Origin: Chiloscyllium plagiosum
Lineage: Eukaryota
Reading direction: 5' to 3'
DNA: 60,000 nucleotides
NCBI RefSeq assembly: GCF_004010195.1
Contig: NC_057753.1
Coordinates: forward strand, 2,459,285-2,519,284
Part shown: positions 40,656 through 53,626 of the stretch, one piece after another
Numbering within the stretch: position 1 is the stretch's first letter
How the letters are laid out: each line of letters begins with the position of its first letter
Translations under genes and position numbers: made by a program
Notes under the pieces: generated by a model
Told to the model about the DNA's origin: nothing
Database searches by the model: none
Seen by the model: the letters and a program-made list of their open reading frames with translations, nothing else

Positions 40656-40725
40656 ATGCACAAAGAGCGAACATTTATGGTATTTGCTATTTATTATCTG
40701 GTGCTTGCGGCTATCAGAGTTTCAG
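40656..40725 (+). pseudogene. Orphan GPR139-like exon-1 cassette
   Basis: agaaATG, 70 nt open: MHKERTFMVFAIYYLVLAAIRVS+G, followed by AT instead of GT. Confidence 0.7.
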
Positions 40726-41559
40726 ATAAATTAATGCAGTCATTCAATCACTGTGGAAATCATATGTTAAGTACATCGATTCTACAACTTAACTTCTACT
40801 GACTCCAATGTTTTCTCCCTGTCACTGAGTGAACAGTATGCTTCTGTTCTCAGCTGATTTAAATTGAGGACCTCAGAGTATGGCATTTTTACAAAGAACT
40901 GCATCAGATAGACTGCATTTTTGCTGATTCCCAACATGGATTAAACTCCACAACGAGAAGCATCACTCACATTGCTCGTAACAATTGTGTGATTCCAGCA
41001 TAAACAGTGAAAACACAGGCTTGTGTCACAGATACATTAGAGATAAGCTAAATAATCATTTTGTGTGTGCCTTCATTGATCATATTCGTTTTTTAAAAAA
41101 AAAATCCCCAGAATAAGTCGTTCATTGAACGAAGGACGCTGAGGAAATCAAAAAGAAAATGACCAGAAGTGAGAAATTTGCGTTGAAGAAATTAATGTAA
41201 TTGCAAGATGACAAACGACTCAAAAGCTAACTTTCAGCATGCTATCCTAATTATTCTACAGATTGATAGAGGAGCTATGGATTCAGATCATGTATTGTTC
41301 GTGATCTATCAAAATTCAGTAGATTCTAAATTGGTTCTTGAAAATTGAAAAACAACAATGCAATCCCATTATGTAAGGACACAACTGGAAATAAAAGGGG
41401 AACCTACAGACTTTTAAGTTTTCAATCTCCAGTTGTGAAAATGCTTCAGGCTCTTGATAACTGTGCTGCTGCAGTTTTCTGGTTTGCTATTCTCCACCTT
41501 GCAAAGGCTGAATATCTACGATGGCGCACTGAACATTATTGATAATGTGTATCAATAGT

Positions 41560-43010
41560 GAAGTGATGCCAATCAAGTGGGCTGTTTCGGCCTGGAATGT
41601 GTCAATCTTCTGGAGTGTTCTTGGAGCTAGGCCACCGGGGAAAATTCCAACACACCCCTGACTTTTCCTTCAAGATAGTAAACAGGACTTGTTGAGTCAG
41701 CATTAAAGGTACAGCCCGAACAGGGCCAGTCCAATTCACTTTCTGGACAACAATATTGTCCTAGTAAGTTACCAATGAGGGATTCAGTGATTGCAATGCC
41801 AATGAACGTGCAGGAACGATGGTTAAGTTCTCGTTTTGTTGGAGATAGCCATTGCTTGGCATTTGTTTGCTACAAATATTCCTTGCACATTTCAGCCCAA
41901 ACGTGGAAAACTTTAAGCTTGCTGTGCATTTGAACATGGACCACGTCAATATCTGCGGAATATGTGAATTATGATGCATATTCTGGAATTACTTTGAACA
42001 TTACCCATTTCCTCTGACATTTTAACTGTGTGAGTATCATTGATGAAGCATCTGAAGTATCTTGGATTGAGCAGAGATGTCAGAAATGTCCAGTAGCTGA
42101 GATTACTGACCTCTACCAACTAGAACTATTGCCCTTCTAACAGACATTAGTGCAGCAAAGTACAGCTTTCCCTAATACCTATTCATTCTAATTTTGTTCT
42201 AAGACCTTCAAGGAACACTTGGTGAAATTGGCCTTAACGACAGGGCAGTGAATTTCATCTGAGTGCATGAAATCATACCTTTTGCCCAGCTTTGAGTCAA
42301 GGCTGTCATGAAGTCACGGCCTTAGCGGCCAACACGGAGCCCAAGTGGGCATCCCTGAGCAGGACGTTGCTGAGCTGGAAATGCTTGATAGCACTGTTGA
42401 TGAAACCTTCAATTACCTCACCGATGCCCGAGAGTAGGCAGATCATATTATAATTTTTGGATTGGGTTTGACATTTTATTATGTGCATGACAGACTGGGA
42501 AAACTTTGAACATTGTCAAGGAGATATCGGTGCTTTAGCTGTACTTTTCAATGTGGCAATATGAAAGGTGCAGGGTATTCATAAACTATTGCAGGAATGT
42601 TTTCAGGACCCATAACATTTACATGTCTTGCGTCTACAATCTGTTTAGATTAGATATAAACAGGTTGTAGACCCTGTTCTTTATAACACACGCAGCAAAC
42701 GGAATTGACTGAAGACTTGTATCTGTGTTGTTGGGAAACATTGGAGGAGGCTCGAATGGATCATTCTCTTGGCACTTTTGGATTATATTCTTGCAAATGC
42801 TTCAGCTTTACCTTTTGCTCTGATGTGCTAAACTGAGGATAAGTACTTTTATGAGCTTCCTTCTCTGCCTCCTCAAGTGAGTTGCTGAATTGTCCACCAT
42901 CATCTTTGACAATATGACAGCAGTTCAGTTTTATCCATTGATAAGGAATCACTTATGCCTGTCTTACTCTTCCTACTTATGCTATTTGTCAGACGAATAC
43001 AGCAATTGGT
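41560..43010 (-). mobile_element. Old CR1-clade LINE, paralog of 1300-2760
   Basis: 'ICLLSGIGEVIEGFINSAIKHFQLSNVLLRDAHLG' (42306..42488); colinear with the unit 1 copy. Confidence 0.75.
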
Positions 43011-44214
43011 ACATTTACCATGTTGGTACATCATTCTATGTCTTCTGCTGTTCCTGTATTATCCTTCTACTTTCTCCATTGAACATCTTCTGGCTTGCTG
43101 ACCATAGTAGAGTGGGTCAGTCCTTGAGATTGAAGATGACACTTGAGTACAATTCTGCTGCTTTTGAGGGCTCATAACTCCTGAGCGATGAGTTGCTAGA
43201 TCTAATAAAAATGTGCTCCATTTCGCGTGGTAATGGTGTCACATAGATTTGTGGACTCTATTTCCAATGTGAAAGCGGTACTTGTGTACAGAAGGACAGT
43301 GTGTTAGTCATTCTTATTGATATTGCCGTGCACAGATGCATCTGTGGCCAGCAGACTGGTGAGGATGAGATGAGGTATGTATTCTATTTTGTTAATCCCA
43401 TCAAACTTGCCCTTTTCTATCAGCAGTGTTCGTTTGGGTGATGCATATGGTCTGCTTGGGTTGATACTTGAATAAGTCTGGAACAATGGAGATTGAAATA
43501 CACAACATTGGACCTGAAGAGACAGAAAGTGACCATTCTGAAGAAGAACGTCTATAATGAATATTGAAATGCTGAACAGGACAATTTAGTACCCAATCTG
43601 TCAGTTCAAAATTGATCTGGTTCAAATAGAAAGTAATTGCGCTTCACTGGACTACTTTGTGGGAAACTGGATATGCTAAAAATGAATATTGCGACAAAGA
43701 ACTGATGAAATGCACACTGAATATCATCAAAAATAGTTGGTCTGATTCTAACAAAACTTAATGACAGCTGGCCAAACCAACTTCGCACGTTTTATTAAGT
43801 TCAGTTGACAGTTGCAGGGACACTGGACAATGTAATTCATCTCTTTTAGGCTCAAACGAGCAGAATAATGCTCAACAGACATAACATGGCATCATTTTCT
43901 GAAGAAATTAGAAAATCATAATTGTCCTTCTCAGTGAAAACCAATGTTTTTACCTTACCTCGTCAATTCTGGTTCTAATAAAGAAATGCAACCGGGATCA
44001 CGGTGTAGTCACTTGATATTTAACACTATAATCCTGTTAGCTCCTAGTAGACACCATAAATCACAATTTATTCCATCGTGTCTTAAAGAGCGGTGCAGCA
44101 GCATCTACATTAACTTGTTTGTTAAAATAAATTTAATTGATCTAAACTGACAAGACAGCAAGGAATTTACCTGGAGTCCACTAGTGCAAACTGAGCAAAG
44201 AACTGCTAGCAGAA

Positions 44215-44284
44215 ATGCAAGCAATACTAACAGGTATGGTGTTTGCCATTTTTTATCCCGTCCATACAGCTGTTGGAATTTCAG
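44215..44284 (+). other. Apparently intact GPR139-like exon-1 cassette with no intact partner exon 2 in the window
   Basis: agaaATG, MQAILTGMVFAIFYPVHTAVGIS+G, canonical phase-1 donor G|GTAAAG; 70 nt like the functional exon. Confidence 0.7.
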
Positions 44285-44929
44285 GTAAAGTATGGCAGTT
44301 AGTCCATAACATAGTGAGTGATTCATCAGATGTAGCAATTGCGCCCATTTTGTTAGAAATGCTCTTCCAGTCGTCATTTCTCCCACATCGTTTTCTCTTT
44401 TACTGCTCTAGTATGATTAGTATATAACTAATATTTTATCCAAATATTTCGCAAGAGATCTGTTCTGTGTTTCATTTCATTGTATGAGTGTTAAATATGA
44501 CTTTTTACTTTTACTGACAGAATTCTGCACTAATAATGCTATAGTTCTCCCATTTTGCCAACACGATAGTTTCTCAACGTTATGTACAGTTTAGACGTAT
44601 TTTACATTTACTATTCTTCCTTGGAAGTTAACATTTTGTTATTTAATTTGTAACGTTTCATGATTTGAGCATGGTTCAGTTATGCTATGACTTTTGGTAT
44701 CAATGGCATTTGCCACTATTCCTTCAACAGATGATTTCAGAAAGAAATGCGAAGCTGCCAGTACCAGAAATGAAGACTTGCAATCATGAAATTGAGTATC
44801 AATCTGACTTTGTCACTGCATTCACATTTCTATAATCCTCGCAACGTATGCTTGATAGATTCGGTGTTCGGATCATGCATTATTGGCGACCAACTTGGTT
44901 TTATTAAGTTCAATCAAATGATTTCAAAT

Positions 44930-45770
44930 CAGAGAGTCGTCTAAAAGGAAACAGACCCTTCAGTCCAACAAGTCCAGGTCGACAAAAATTCCAAACTAAA
45001 CTGGTTCCACCTGCCCGCACATGGTCCCATATCCCTCTAAGCCTTTTTTATTCACGTATTTAACTAAATGTATTTTAGACACTTTACTGCATCTGCATCC
45101 ACCACTACCTCTGGAAATTCATTCCACACAAGAACCAGTCTCTGAAAAAAACAATGCCTCTGATATCTGTTTCAGTCTTTTTCCTCTTACCTTAAATCTA
45201 TGACCCTTATTCTTGAAATCCCACCCGAGGGAAAAGACACTCACGAATCACCATATTGTGCCTTTCATTACTTTCTAAATCACACAGAGGCCACCTACCA
45301 ACCTCCTACGGTCCCATGGTAATGTCACAATCTCTCCACCGTATCTTTATAACTCAAATCCTGCATTCCCGGAAAAATCCTGGGAAATTACATCTGAACC
45401 ATCTCTCGCTGAATAATATCCTTCTTATGACAGGGAGACCAGAACTGGACACAGTACTCCAGAAGAGGTCTCACTAACGTTTCCAACACTGCCCAAGGTT
45501 GCACCTTTACACGAGCAGGTTTTGTCTTTGTAGGTTTTCCAAAATGTCCTACATCTCACTTATCCAAATCATCTCTATCTGCTACTCTTCAGCCCATTGA
45601 CCTAAGTAATCAAGATCTCTTTGTAATCTTAAATAACCTTCTTCAATGTTCACTGGACTACCAATCTTAATGTCGTTCACAAATTTACCGAATATGCTTC
45701 CTATACTCTCATTTGATATCATTTATATAAATGAGAAACAAATGTGGACCCAGCATTGTTCCCTATTGTG
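44930..45770 (-). mobile_element. CR1 LINE 3' fragment at the same site as 21786
   Basis: Both follow ttattaagttMaatcaaatga; colinear tails and ORF2 C-terminal remnants. Confidence 0.8.
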
Positions 45771-46339
45771 CATGTTAAATCAATCTTTCTCGACGTATGG
45801 ACCCATAACCTAAAATTGAGGATGCATTTTTATCATTCAATAACTTCTTCCTAATCAAATTAAGTGGACCATTAATATGATGACTTGAAATCTAATTGAA
45901 TTGGCAGAATTCAATTGAATAATTTGGAGAATCTCTGGTTGCAAATGTAAAATCTAACCCCTGTCCTGAACTTTTGGGTATTCGTCACATTATGCCTGAA
46001 ACATGCCTTTGAGACTTTGATGATCCCTCTCCAAAGTTATATGTGCTTGTGTATAATTCATAGTTATTTCAAACATTTTATGCACGAAATGGTCATGAAT
46101 TCCACGAACATTATGTCGCTGATCTGAACATATTTCACCTGCAGTCTATATAAAAAAATATTCTGTTTTAATGTTTCCAATACTGTGCTAATTGTAATCA
46201 TCTTTGAAGGAATATCTTCTGACAATTGTTATCATGATCATAGTGGTAAGGTCTGCTTTTGTTAATGATAATCGCCTGAAACATTCCACTCACACCGGAA
46301 CGAGTTGTAATTCTGAAACAGCAATGGGTAGAAACAGAG

Positions 46340-46590
46340 TAAACGTAATTGTGTATATGGGTCCCTATAAGAAATACAGAAAGTTGTTTTTTTAATATAG
46401 TGTACAACAAAGACAAGGTCTTGTTATACACGTTGCCATTTTCTCTGTGCAATTTTAAATTCTTGCAACAAACGGCAACAAAGCAATCAAACGTGGAAGT
46501 ATTGCTATCAAGAACGGCATAGATTATGGCAGAACAAATACTAAGCAAGAAACTGGATGGGAAGAATAATCACAACAATGCAACGTTTGC
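46340..46590 (-). pseudogene. Antisense remnant of GPR139-like exon 2, unit 3
   Basis: ORF 46198..46548 starts 'LSICSAIIYAVLDSNTSTFDCFVAVCCKNLK'; the DNA match continues through ttgcacagagaaaatggcaacgtg. Confidence 0.7.
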
Positions 46591-47549
46591 ACTTAATGAA
46601 CAGTCGGAGTAGGCGAATTCCACAGATTCACAACTCTCTGTTTAAACCAAACATCTGAAAGAGCTGACAAAACACAGCCAGATATGCTTGCCACATCAGA
46701 TAATCTTTTTTTGTAAACCACGAGCTGAAATACAGGGCATTGTGTATATATGAGAGAGATTTTTGACTCTGATATCCTTTCTTGTGAGTTTGTGTCTTTT
46801 CAACTGGAGCATACACACAAAAGCTATGCTGAAGTCTAGTTATCCGATTTGGCAGATGGCTTGAATGATTTTGGTGAGATATGAATTCTCTGAATTAATA
46901 TAAATTAATCTGAAGATGTGAATGTGGAATATAACTTTACTGAGCAAAAGAAAAATCACTAACCTAACACACATTAAACAGGAAAAAAAAAAGTAGCAAC
47001 GAATGTGAGGGTGCAATACTGGATAAGATCATGCTGAACGCAACAGTGAGTACTGCAGCCATCCACGTCACACATAACAAAACCCATATGGTTGAGTATG
47101 CATATACACATGCGCCTTTGTAGACACAATCTAATTCTGCTTAACGTAATACGTAGTAAAATCGATATACCGAAAGATTGAGCATTATCAGGAGTGAGAT
47201 TGCATGGATTGAAATTTTTCTGAAAAGAATTATATTTTTGAGCATATTGTGTCGTGAAAAACGATGTTTGGTATCGATATTCATCGTCTGCTCCTTATAT
47301 GTTTGACAAAACGCACAATTTGGTTGTTATGTAATATTTTGGTTTTTCACTTTATCACCATGTCAAACCTCATGAAAGCAAATACATTCTAATGCATTTA
47401 ACAAAATCTAGAGGCAGCAGGCGCAGTAATCTTATTGTTGAATTAATTTTAAAAGAATGGCAATCTAATAAGCCCACCAGTACGTGGCCATAGGTATAAT
47501 TATCACGATCTTCAATGAATTACGGAATGCGCTCAGAGCATCAGCAGAA

Positions 47550-47619
47550 TTGCACGGAATACCAAACGGTCTGATGTTTTCCATTTGCTATCCCATTCTT
47601 GCTGTTATCGAGATTTCAG
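47550..47619 (+). pseudogene. GPR139-like pseudogene C, exon 1
   Basis: TTG (not ATG) HGIPNGLMFSICYPILAVIEIS+G; the phase-1 GT donor position reads TA. Confidence 0.8.
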
Positions 47620-48978
47620 TAAAAGTACTGGATTTGATTAGTAACTATGTTAATCGTCGCTGAACTGCAAACTTTGTACCCTTTCATCAACAGTGCATCT
47701 CCTTTTCCCTCTCATTATGTGTATTACCTTTCTTCACGCAAGATTTTCTGCGCTCTAACTGGCCTAAGCTATCCCCCTATATAAAATGTTAACGTCATGA
47801 ACCCATCATTTTGATGAAAACCTCTACCGAATGATGACATCATTTCCCAGTATTAGTAGCATAATTTTCTTCTTGAATTTTGTGGCGTAATCACTTTAGC
47901 AGTGAACATTTCTTGTGATGCCATTATAATTTCACCCCCTTTCAATATATTATCTTGTGTTATTTATATTTTCCTCATTTGCTTCTAACAATTCAACATG
48001 TACATAAGATTAGATTTTTATTTTCATTCTTTTTGTGTGTAACTTTCTTCTTGTTATTATCGTGCAAAGACATTCCTATCGTATGCTTGTCATTGCTGTT
48101 GTTGTCAAGTAATGTAACGGTACTAAAATGTAAATGCACAGTTACTGAGATATTGGCACTGTTGCTGTTGGTGAATTTTTGATCTGTTATCTCAATGTAA
48201 CTGGAGTCCATCTGCGCTACTGGTGATGTCATTGTATGTGTTTCTCCTTATTGGTATCGCTGTATAAATATTGTTTGTTGCATGGCTGTCCCACAATTTA
48301 AGTGGGCGATTAACAAACGGTTCTCAGCGTGTCATGTGTTATTGTCTGCATATTGTGTGTAAAATATCACAAGATTATCACAATGCAAATTAGGAATTAC
48401 TGCGTTATTCACATTTTGAATTCGTGACACTACTAAAAATGATTAACTGATAGTGAGATTGAAATACTGAAGTATGCTTCTCTGAATTTGATGTAACAGT
48501 TTCAGATAAAATGCTGGTAAACTCTTATCATTTAACGAAGAAATTGTGACTATCCATAGATGACAGAGCACGCTGCATTTTCCTCAATCACTAATACTCA
48601 CTTTGAATTCCATTCTCCACTTCCACATGATCCACCACAGGTGGTTCTACTTTGACAATTGTTGACAGTGAGATTTTCTCCTGCTTCCAGCATCTGACAA
48701 TACGTTATATTTTTTCTACTTTCGCAATTTTTCCAGATTGAGAGAGAAATCATAATTGGGAGCATCTCTGAAATGAAACGAGTAACACTTTTATTTCAAA
48801 TATAAACTGCCGGATAAAGTTAATCAATTGTTACACAGATTGCTGGCCAGCATTAATGAAGTGATTTCATACCAGAATTCAGGAGGGGTGTCTTTCTCTG
48901 TGTCAGAATTCTTCATCTGCGAGTTCCAATGGTTAAAGAGAGGATTCGTTTTGTTTTACGCTCAAGATGTCTGAACAA

Positions 48979-49697
48979 TGTTATAAAGATATGAGTGAAC
49001 TTTTCAGAGAACTAAAAGCAGCAGAACTACCGGACACAGCCACCCAATGTTCTCAAGAAGGTATCAGTGTAACACTCAGTCAAAAAACTCGATTATCGTG
49101 TTGCCTGGAGACAAAAACAAATTCCAATTCGGCCAATCAGTTTAAATTATACCCCGTAAAAATATCTAACAATTTCCAATCAAGTTTGAATTAAGTATAA
49201 TGACAACCTTAAAAGCCAATGACACAATCCGATGCTCTGGCTTTTAAGACTGGGGAAAAAATTGAACAGTTGAGAGGAAAGCTGTGAAACCTAGCACGTA
49301 CAAGACTGCTTGAAAAGATCTCTCTTCAACGTACCTTTTCGATCAGTAACCTGTGACGCTGAAATTCCAAACAAGGAGAAGAGAAGATACAGGAAGATCC
49401 GAAGACAAGAACCTACAGCTGCCTTGATTTGCGATAAGAAATGTTGTTTTATAAATCTTGATTGGGAACTTTTTTGTGCTAGTAATGCAGAGGGGAATGT
49501 ATAAGATAGGTTAGAGAACGAAATTGTAAATAGTGGTTAGTTAATTATTCTCTGTTTTACGTTAAGAAATAAAGTTGATCATTTTTACTTTACATAGTTC
49601 TTGGCAACTCGGATTTTTACAGATTACAGCACGGGATAAATCTTTTCAATGTTGCTGGTTTTAAATTAAGCAGGAGAGTTTGCCACGTGTTGTAACA
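48979..49697 (+). mobile_element. Putative solo LTR (719 bp) in the intron of pseudogene C
   Basis: TGTTATAA...TTGTAACA termini, internal AATAAA (~49568), absent from units 1 and 2 (empty site tctgaattatcaat); eroded 4-bp TSD acaa/atta. Strand inferred from the AATAAA only. Confidence 0.75.
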
Positions 49698-50110
49698 ATT
49701 ATCAATACCCCAGACCAGCGTTTAAATTATTTTATGCCTGCAATGTCTATTCAAATGTTGGTTGCATTATCACATTCCTCTGTTTAAGAATAATTATAAT
49801 CAAGTTGACTTACATGTTCCCTAACAGTGACTAGTTTGGCGTCGACACATTGGAATGAATCACATTGATTCAATGAGATATGATATTGGATAATTTAAGT
49901 TTCCCATTCGATGATTATACACCTGCATATTGTTCTGTGATTTATTGATGGATTTAGATTTCTTGCTCATTTAATACTATTGCATTTCCATTTAGTGTTT
50001 TCAAGACCATTGTATTTTCATTTTGATCTCTTTGGAATCTTTCTCTCTGCATTCCGCGCTCTCTATGAAAATTGATTTTACACTCTCTTTGTCTCCCTCC
50101 GTTACTACAG

Positions 50111-51019
50111 CTAATTTGGTCGTGATTCTGATGCTATCCACAGGAACATATGGTCTCTCTGGCTGTCTCGCTTATTACCTGGTTTCAATGGCAGCGACAG
50201 ATCTCCTGATCATATCTACTATTGTCCTCTAAAACTGGATTGCTGGGATTTATTTTCCAGCAACTTTCATTTCCATCACCCCATTGTGCTGTTTACACTC
50301 TGCCTTGATTTATGCATCGATAGACAGGTAGTCTGGTTAACAGTCACTTTTATCTTTGACCAATTTGTGGCCATTTCATGCGTGAAGCTGAAAATACGAT
50401 ATTGCACTGAAATGGTCGCTGCACGGGCTATAGGAGTCGTGTCCACCCTGAGTTGTATAAAAATGCATTCTTATATTTTGTACATGAACCAATGTGCATA
50501 ATTAGCAATGTGCTGCTGTTCTGCAGCGCAAAGTTAATACTTTCCACCTCACCTGTATGGGCTGCATATGACTGGACGCGATCCATTGTAACTCCCTGTC
50601 GCCCATTCATTTAGATTGTACTGCTCAATTCTCTGACCGTCAGACATGTTCTCGCACACAATGGAGCCCGAAGGAGAGTTCGGGTTCAGAGCAATGGACA
50701 GTACCAGAGAGACCCAGAGGTGGAGAAGCGCCGAAAGTCTGCTAGTTTACTTTTTTCCATCTCGTGTAATTCATCCTATTCTATATATTATTTAGGATAA
50801 CAATCCTCTATGTTCGAATTTCCAAAGTTACTTATTTCTCAGGTTCTGATTCCAATGAGTCAACATTCGTTATTGAGGAAAATGGGTTTATTGTTCAGCT
50901 TCTGACTTCCTGCATCAATCTGTTTACTTATGCAGGAGTACAGGATAAAATTCAGAGCAGAATTAAGAAATGGGGAGAAATATCCATTGAGATTCTTACA
51001 TAAGTCTCTCAAACTATGA
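50111..51019 (+). pseudogene. GPR139-like pseudogene C, exon 2 (full length, disabled)
   Basis: Acceptor ctacag|ctaatttggtcgtg; 'ANLVVILMLSTGTYGLSGCLAYYLVSMAATDLLII' then TAA at 50230; DRF changed to DQF; further frameshifts and a TAG near 50610; ends aagtctctcaaactaTGA. Confidence 0.92.
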
Positions 51020-51029
51020 CGATTGGTTC

Positions 51030-51435
51030 ACAAAGTTTGAGAGCAATGAAATTGACTCTATTCATTCCAAGTCATCGACTTCGACCAAGTTTCCCAAACT
51101 AAACCCTTCTCATTTGCCTGCATTTGAGCCATATATATCTAAACCTTTCCTATTCATGTACTAATACATATGTCTTTTAAATGTGGTAACTGCATCTATG
51201 TCTACCACTCCCATTGTCGCTTCGTTTCACATATGTAACAACCTTCTGCCTGATAAATCTGAACTTCGGGTCGCTTTGAAAGATCCCCTTCTCACAGTAA
51301 AAAATATGCCCTTCAGTTTTGAACACTTCCTCCAGATGGAAAAGAGCTTTGCCATTCATCGTATCCTAAACCCTCTTGATTTTATGAACCTCTACAAGAT
51401 CTCCTCTCAACTTACAATGCTGCAGTGAAAGACGT
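51030..51435 (-). mobile_element. CR1 LINE 3' fragment, paralog of 12418-12810
   Basis: caagtttcccaaactaaacccttctcatttgcc...aatatgcccttcagtttt, same position after the stop codon. Confidence 0.75.
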
Positions 51436-53626
51436 CCACACGATTTACATTAAAATATTTCTGAAACCTGCATCCTCACATATTTGACACTTACTTTCAC
51501 GTGCACATAAAAGCCAATTACATTTTAAGGTCAAGCTTCAAGAAAAATAAATAGGCATATTGATTACACTTTATCTTAAACCATTCAAGAAATCAACACA
51601 TTACTTGAAATATAGGCAACATCATGTCACAATAAGAAGGAGAAAGCAAAATTAATTTATTTATCATCACATTAGGAACATTCTGTAACAGTCCTTTGTG
51701 ATATCCTGACGTCTCGTCTCAATGTCCACACTACAGATAGCCCGTTTTCCAAGGAACCACGTTTCTAATTTTGATCAGTGAAAAATCTCAATGATGTTAT
51801 TGTCAGTTGTTGTAGCTGGGTCGTCTAATGAGCGTTCAAGGCGCTGACGATCACTGTGGAGTCAAATCAATTAATCAACCACATGGTATTATCAAAATGA
51901 TACCATTCTGTCCATTGTGCCAGCACTGACACTTCATGTAGGGTTGACTTCGTGCTATTTTCCTAGCGTTTCCCATAAATTCGCCAGTACAGCATTTCAA
52001 TATTCATCTAATGCCCATCGCACTGCCTTGAATAATCTTGCCTCGTCCACTATTCCAGAACATGCATTCCTGTACTTGACTACGAGCTGTGTAATAAAGC
52101 ATATTTTCTTCCATAGCATTTGTTTCATTTGGAAGTTTCATTTAATCTTTGTCCTCGCATTCTCTATCATTTCATAAGTGGGTCGCGTTTATCACTATCT
52201 TTCTGCCCAAACCACATGTGATAATGAAATCGCTTCTTAGATCTCAGTTCAAACATATATTTTTCCAGGGAAATTGTCCCAATTTCTCTAATTTCACATT
52301 TTAACTGAAGATCCTTATCCCTGAAAACATGTTCATGCATGCCTGCAGAATTCTCATCAATTCATTACGGCGTGCCCTCAAATGTCCATAACTGCGCACA
52401 ATACTTCAGCTGAGGTCTTACTTATGTCTTGATAAAGTGCAACATTATCTCGTTTCTCTTGTACTCTGTGGTCGAGTTAATAAAGCCTGAATATCAAGCC
52501 ATTTGTCACTCAATTGAATCCATGCAGAAAATGCTGAAAGACATCTTCCATAAACCAATTGTTTGGTTCTACTCTCTTGTTACTTGCTGTTCCCGTTTCT
52601 CAGTCATTCATTGCAATTTCACAGAAAGTAATAATATATTGAAAGGGAGGGGGATGTAAGTTCTTGTCCTTTAACATTATTGCTACTGAATTTTCATTTT
52701 GCAGGGGACAGGGTGGACGTGAGGTGTAAATACACAGTCTGGGGTGGATTGGTGTCATGGTAATGAATGTCAACATTTGTCAACATTTGTTTCTTAATTA
52801 AAGCCAGAATGAGAAAAAATAAATTATCACTATTTATTCATTGCAATTATAGAAATTTGTCATGTTCAAATCGACAAATACAGCATCTTCAATGTGTCAC
52901 GCATACCACTAAGACCACGGCCAAAAATATAGTGTCTTGCTTCAAAGAGATCATTAATATATATGCAATTAAAAATAACAAAGGTGAATACCTGAAAATG
53001 CAATTCCATACTTTTCTCAAAGGCATTCCTAATATCAGACATTCCCTCAGTTTTGTAACATTCTCTGAAACATTATTTGCCTTTATCCTGCGTCGACGTG
53101 CTTTAAGTCTTTACGACTTTAACTTTTTCAATCTCGATTGTTACTTGAAAGTACTTGAATTGGACGAGCTTGCCATAAAAGGTGCCATGTAGGACTAGAA
53201 TTGGCATCATCACTGCAGTTTTTTCTGAAATGTCGGTACCTGCATTGAATGTAAAGCTTCACTGAAAAGAATACGCCCTACAATACGATGAAGATTAGAA
53301 AACATCTGTAGAGAGAGAATGATAGTAGACTCTTCAATGCTTCTTGCTGCTCTTTTGGAATGGTAACTGTCCTCATCAGTCATACTTTTGCAATGTTAAG
53401 GTGGGCATCATTTGAGGTTGGGTCCAAATGTGGAGGTTTTAAAATGCACCTGTATGTCTTGAGGGATGAGATTGTCACGAAGGCAGCAGCTGAGCAATCT
53501 CACATGGCTAGAGTGGTGGGCTTGTGCCAGGGTGTGGTCAAAAAACTGAAGGGCTGAGAAGTCACAGCAGCGAGACAGTGAGAGAAAGACTCACTGAGTT
53601 CACGTCCGATGAAGACAGAAGACATT

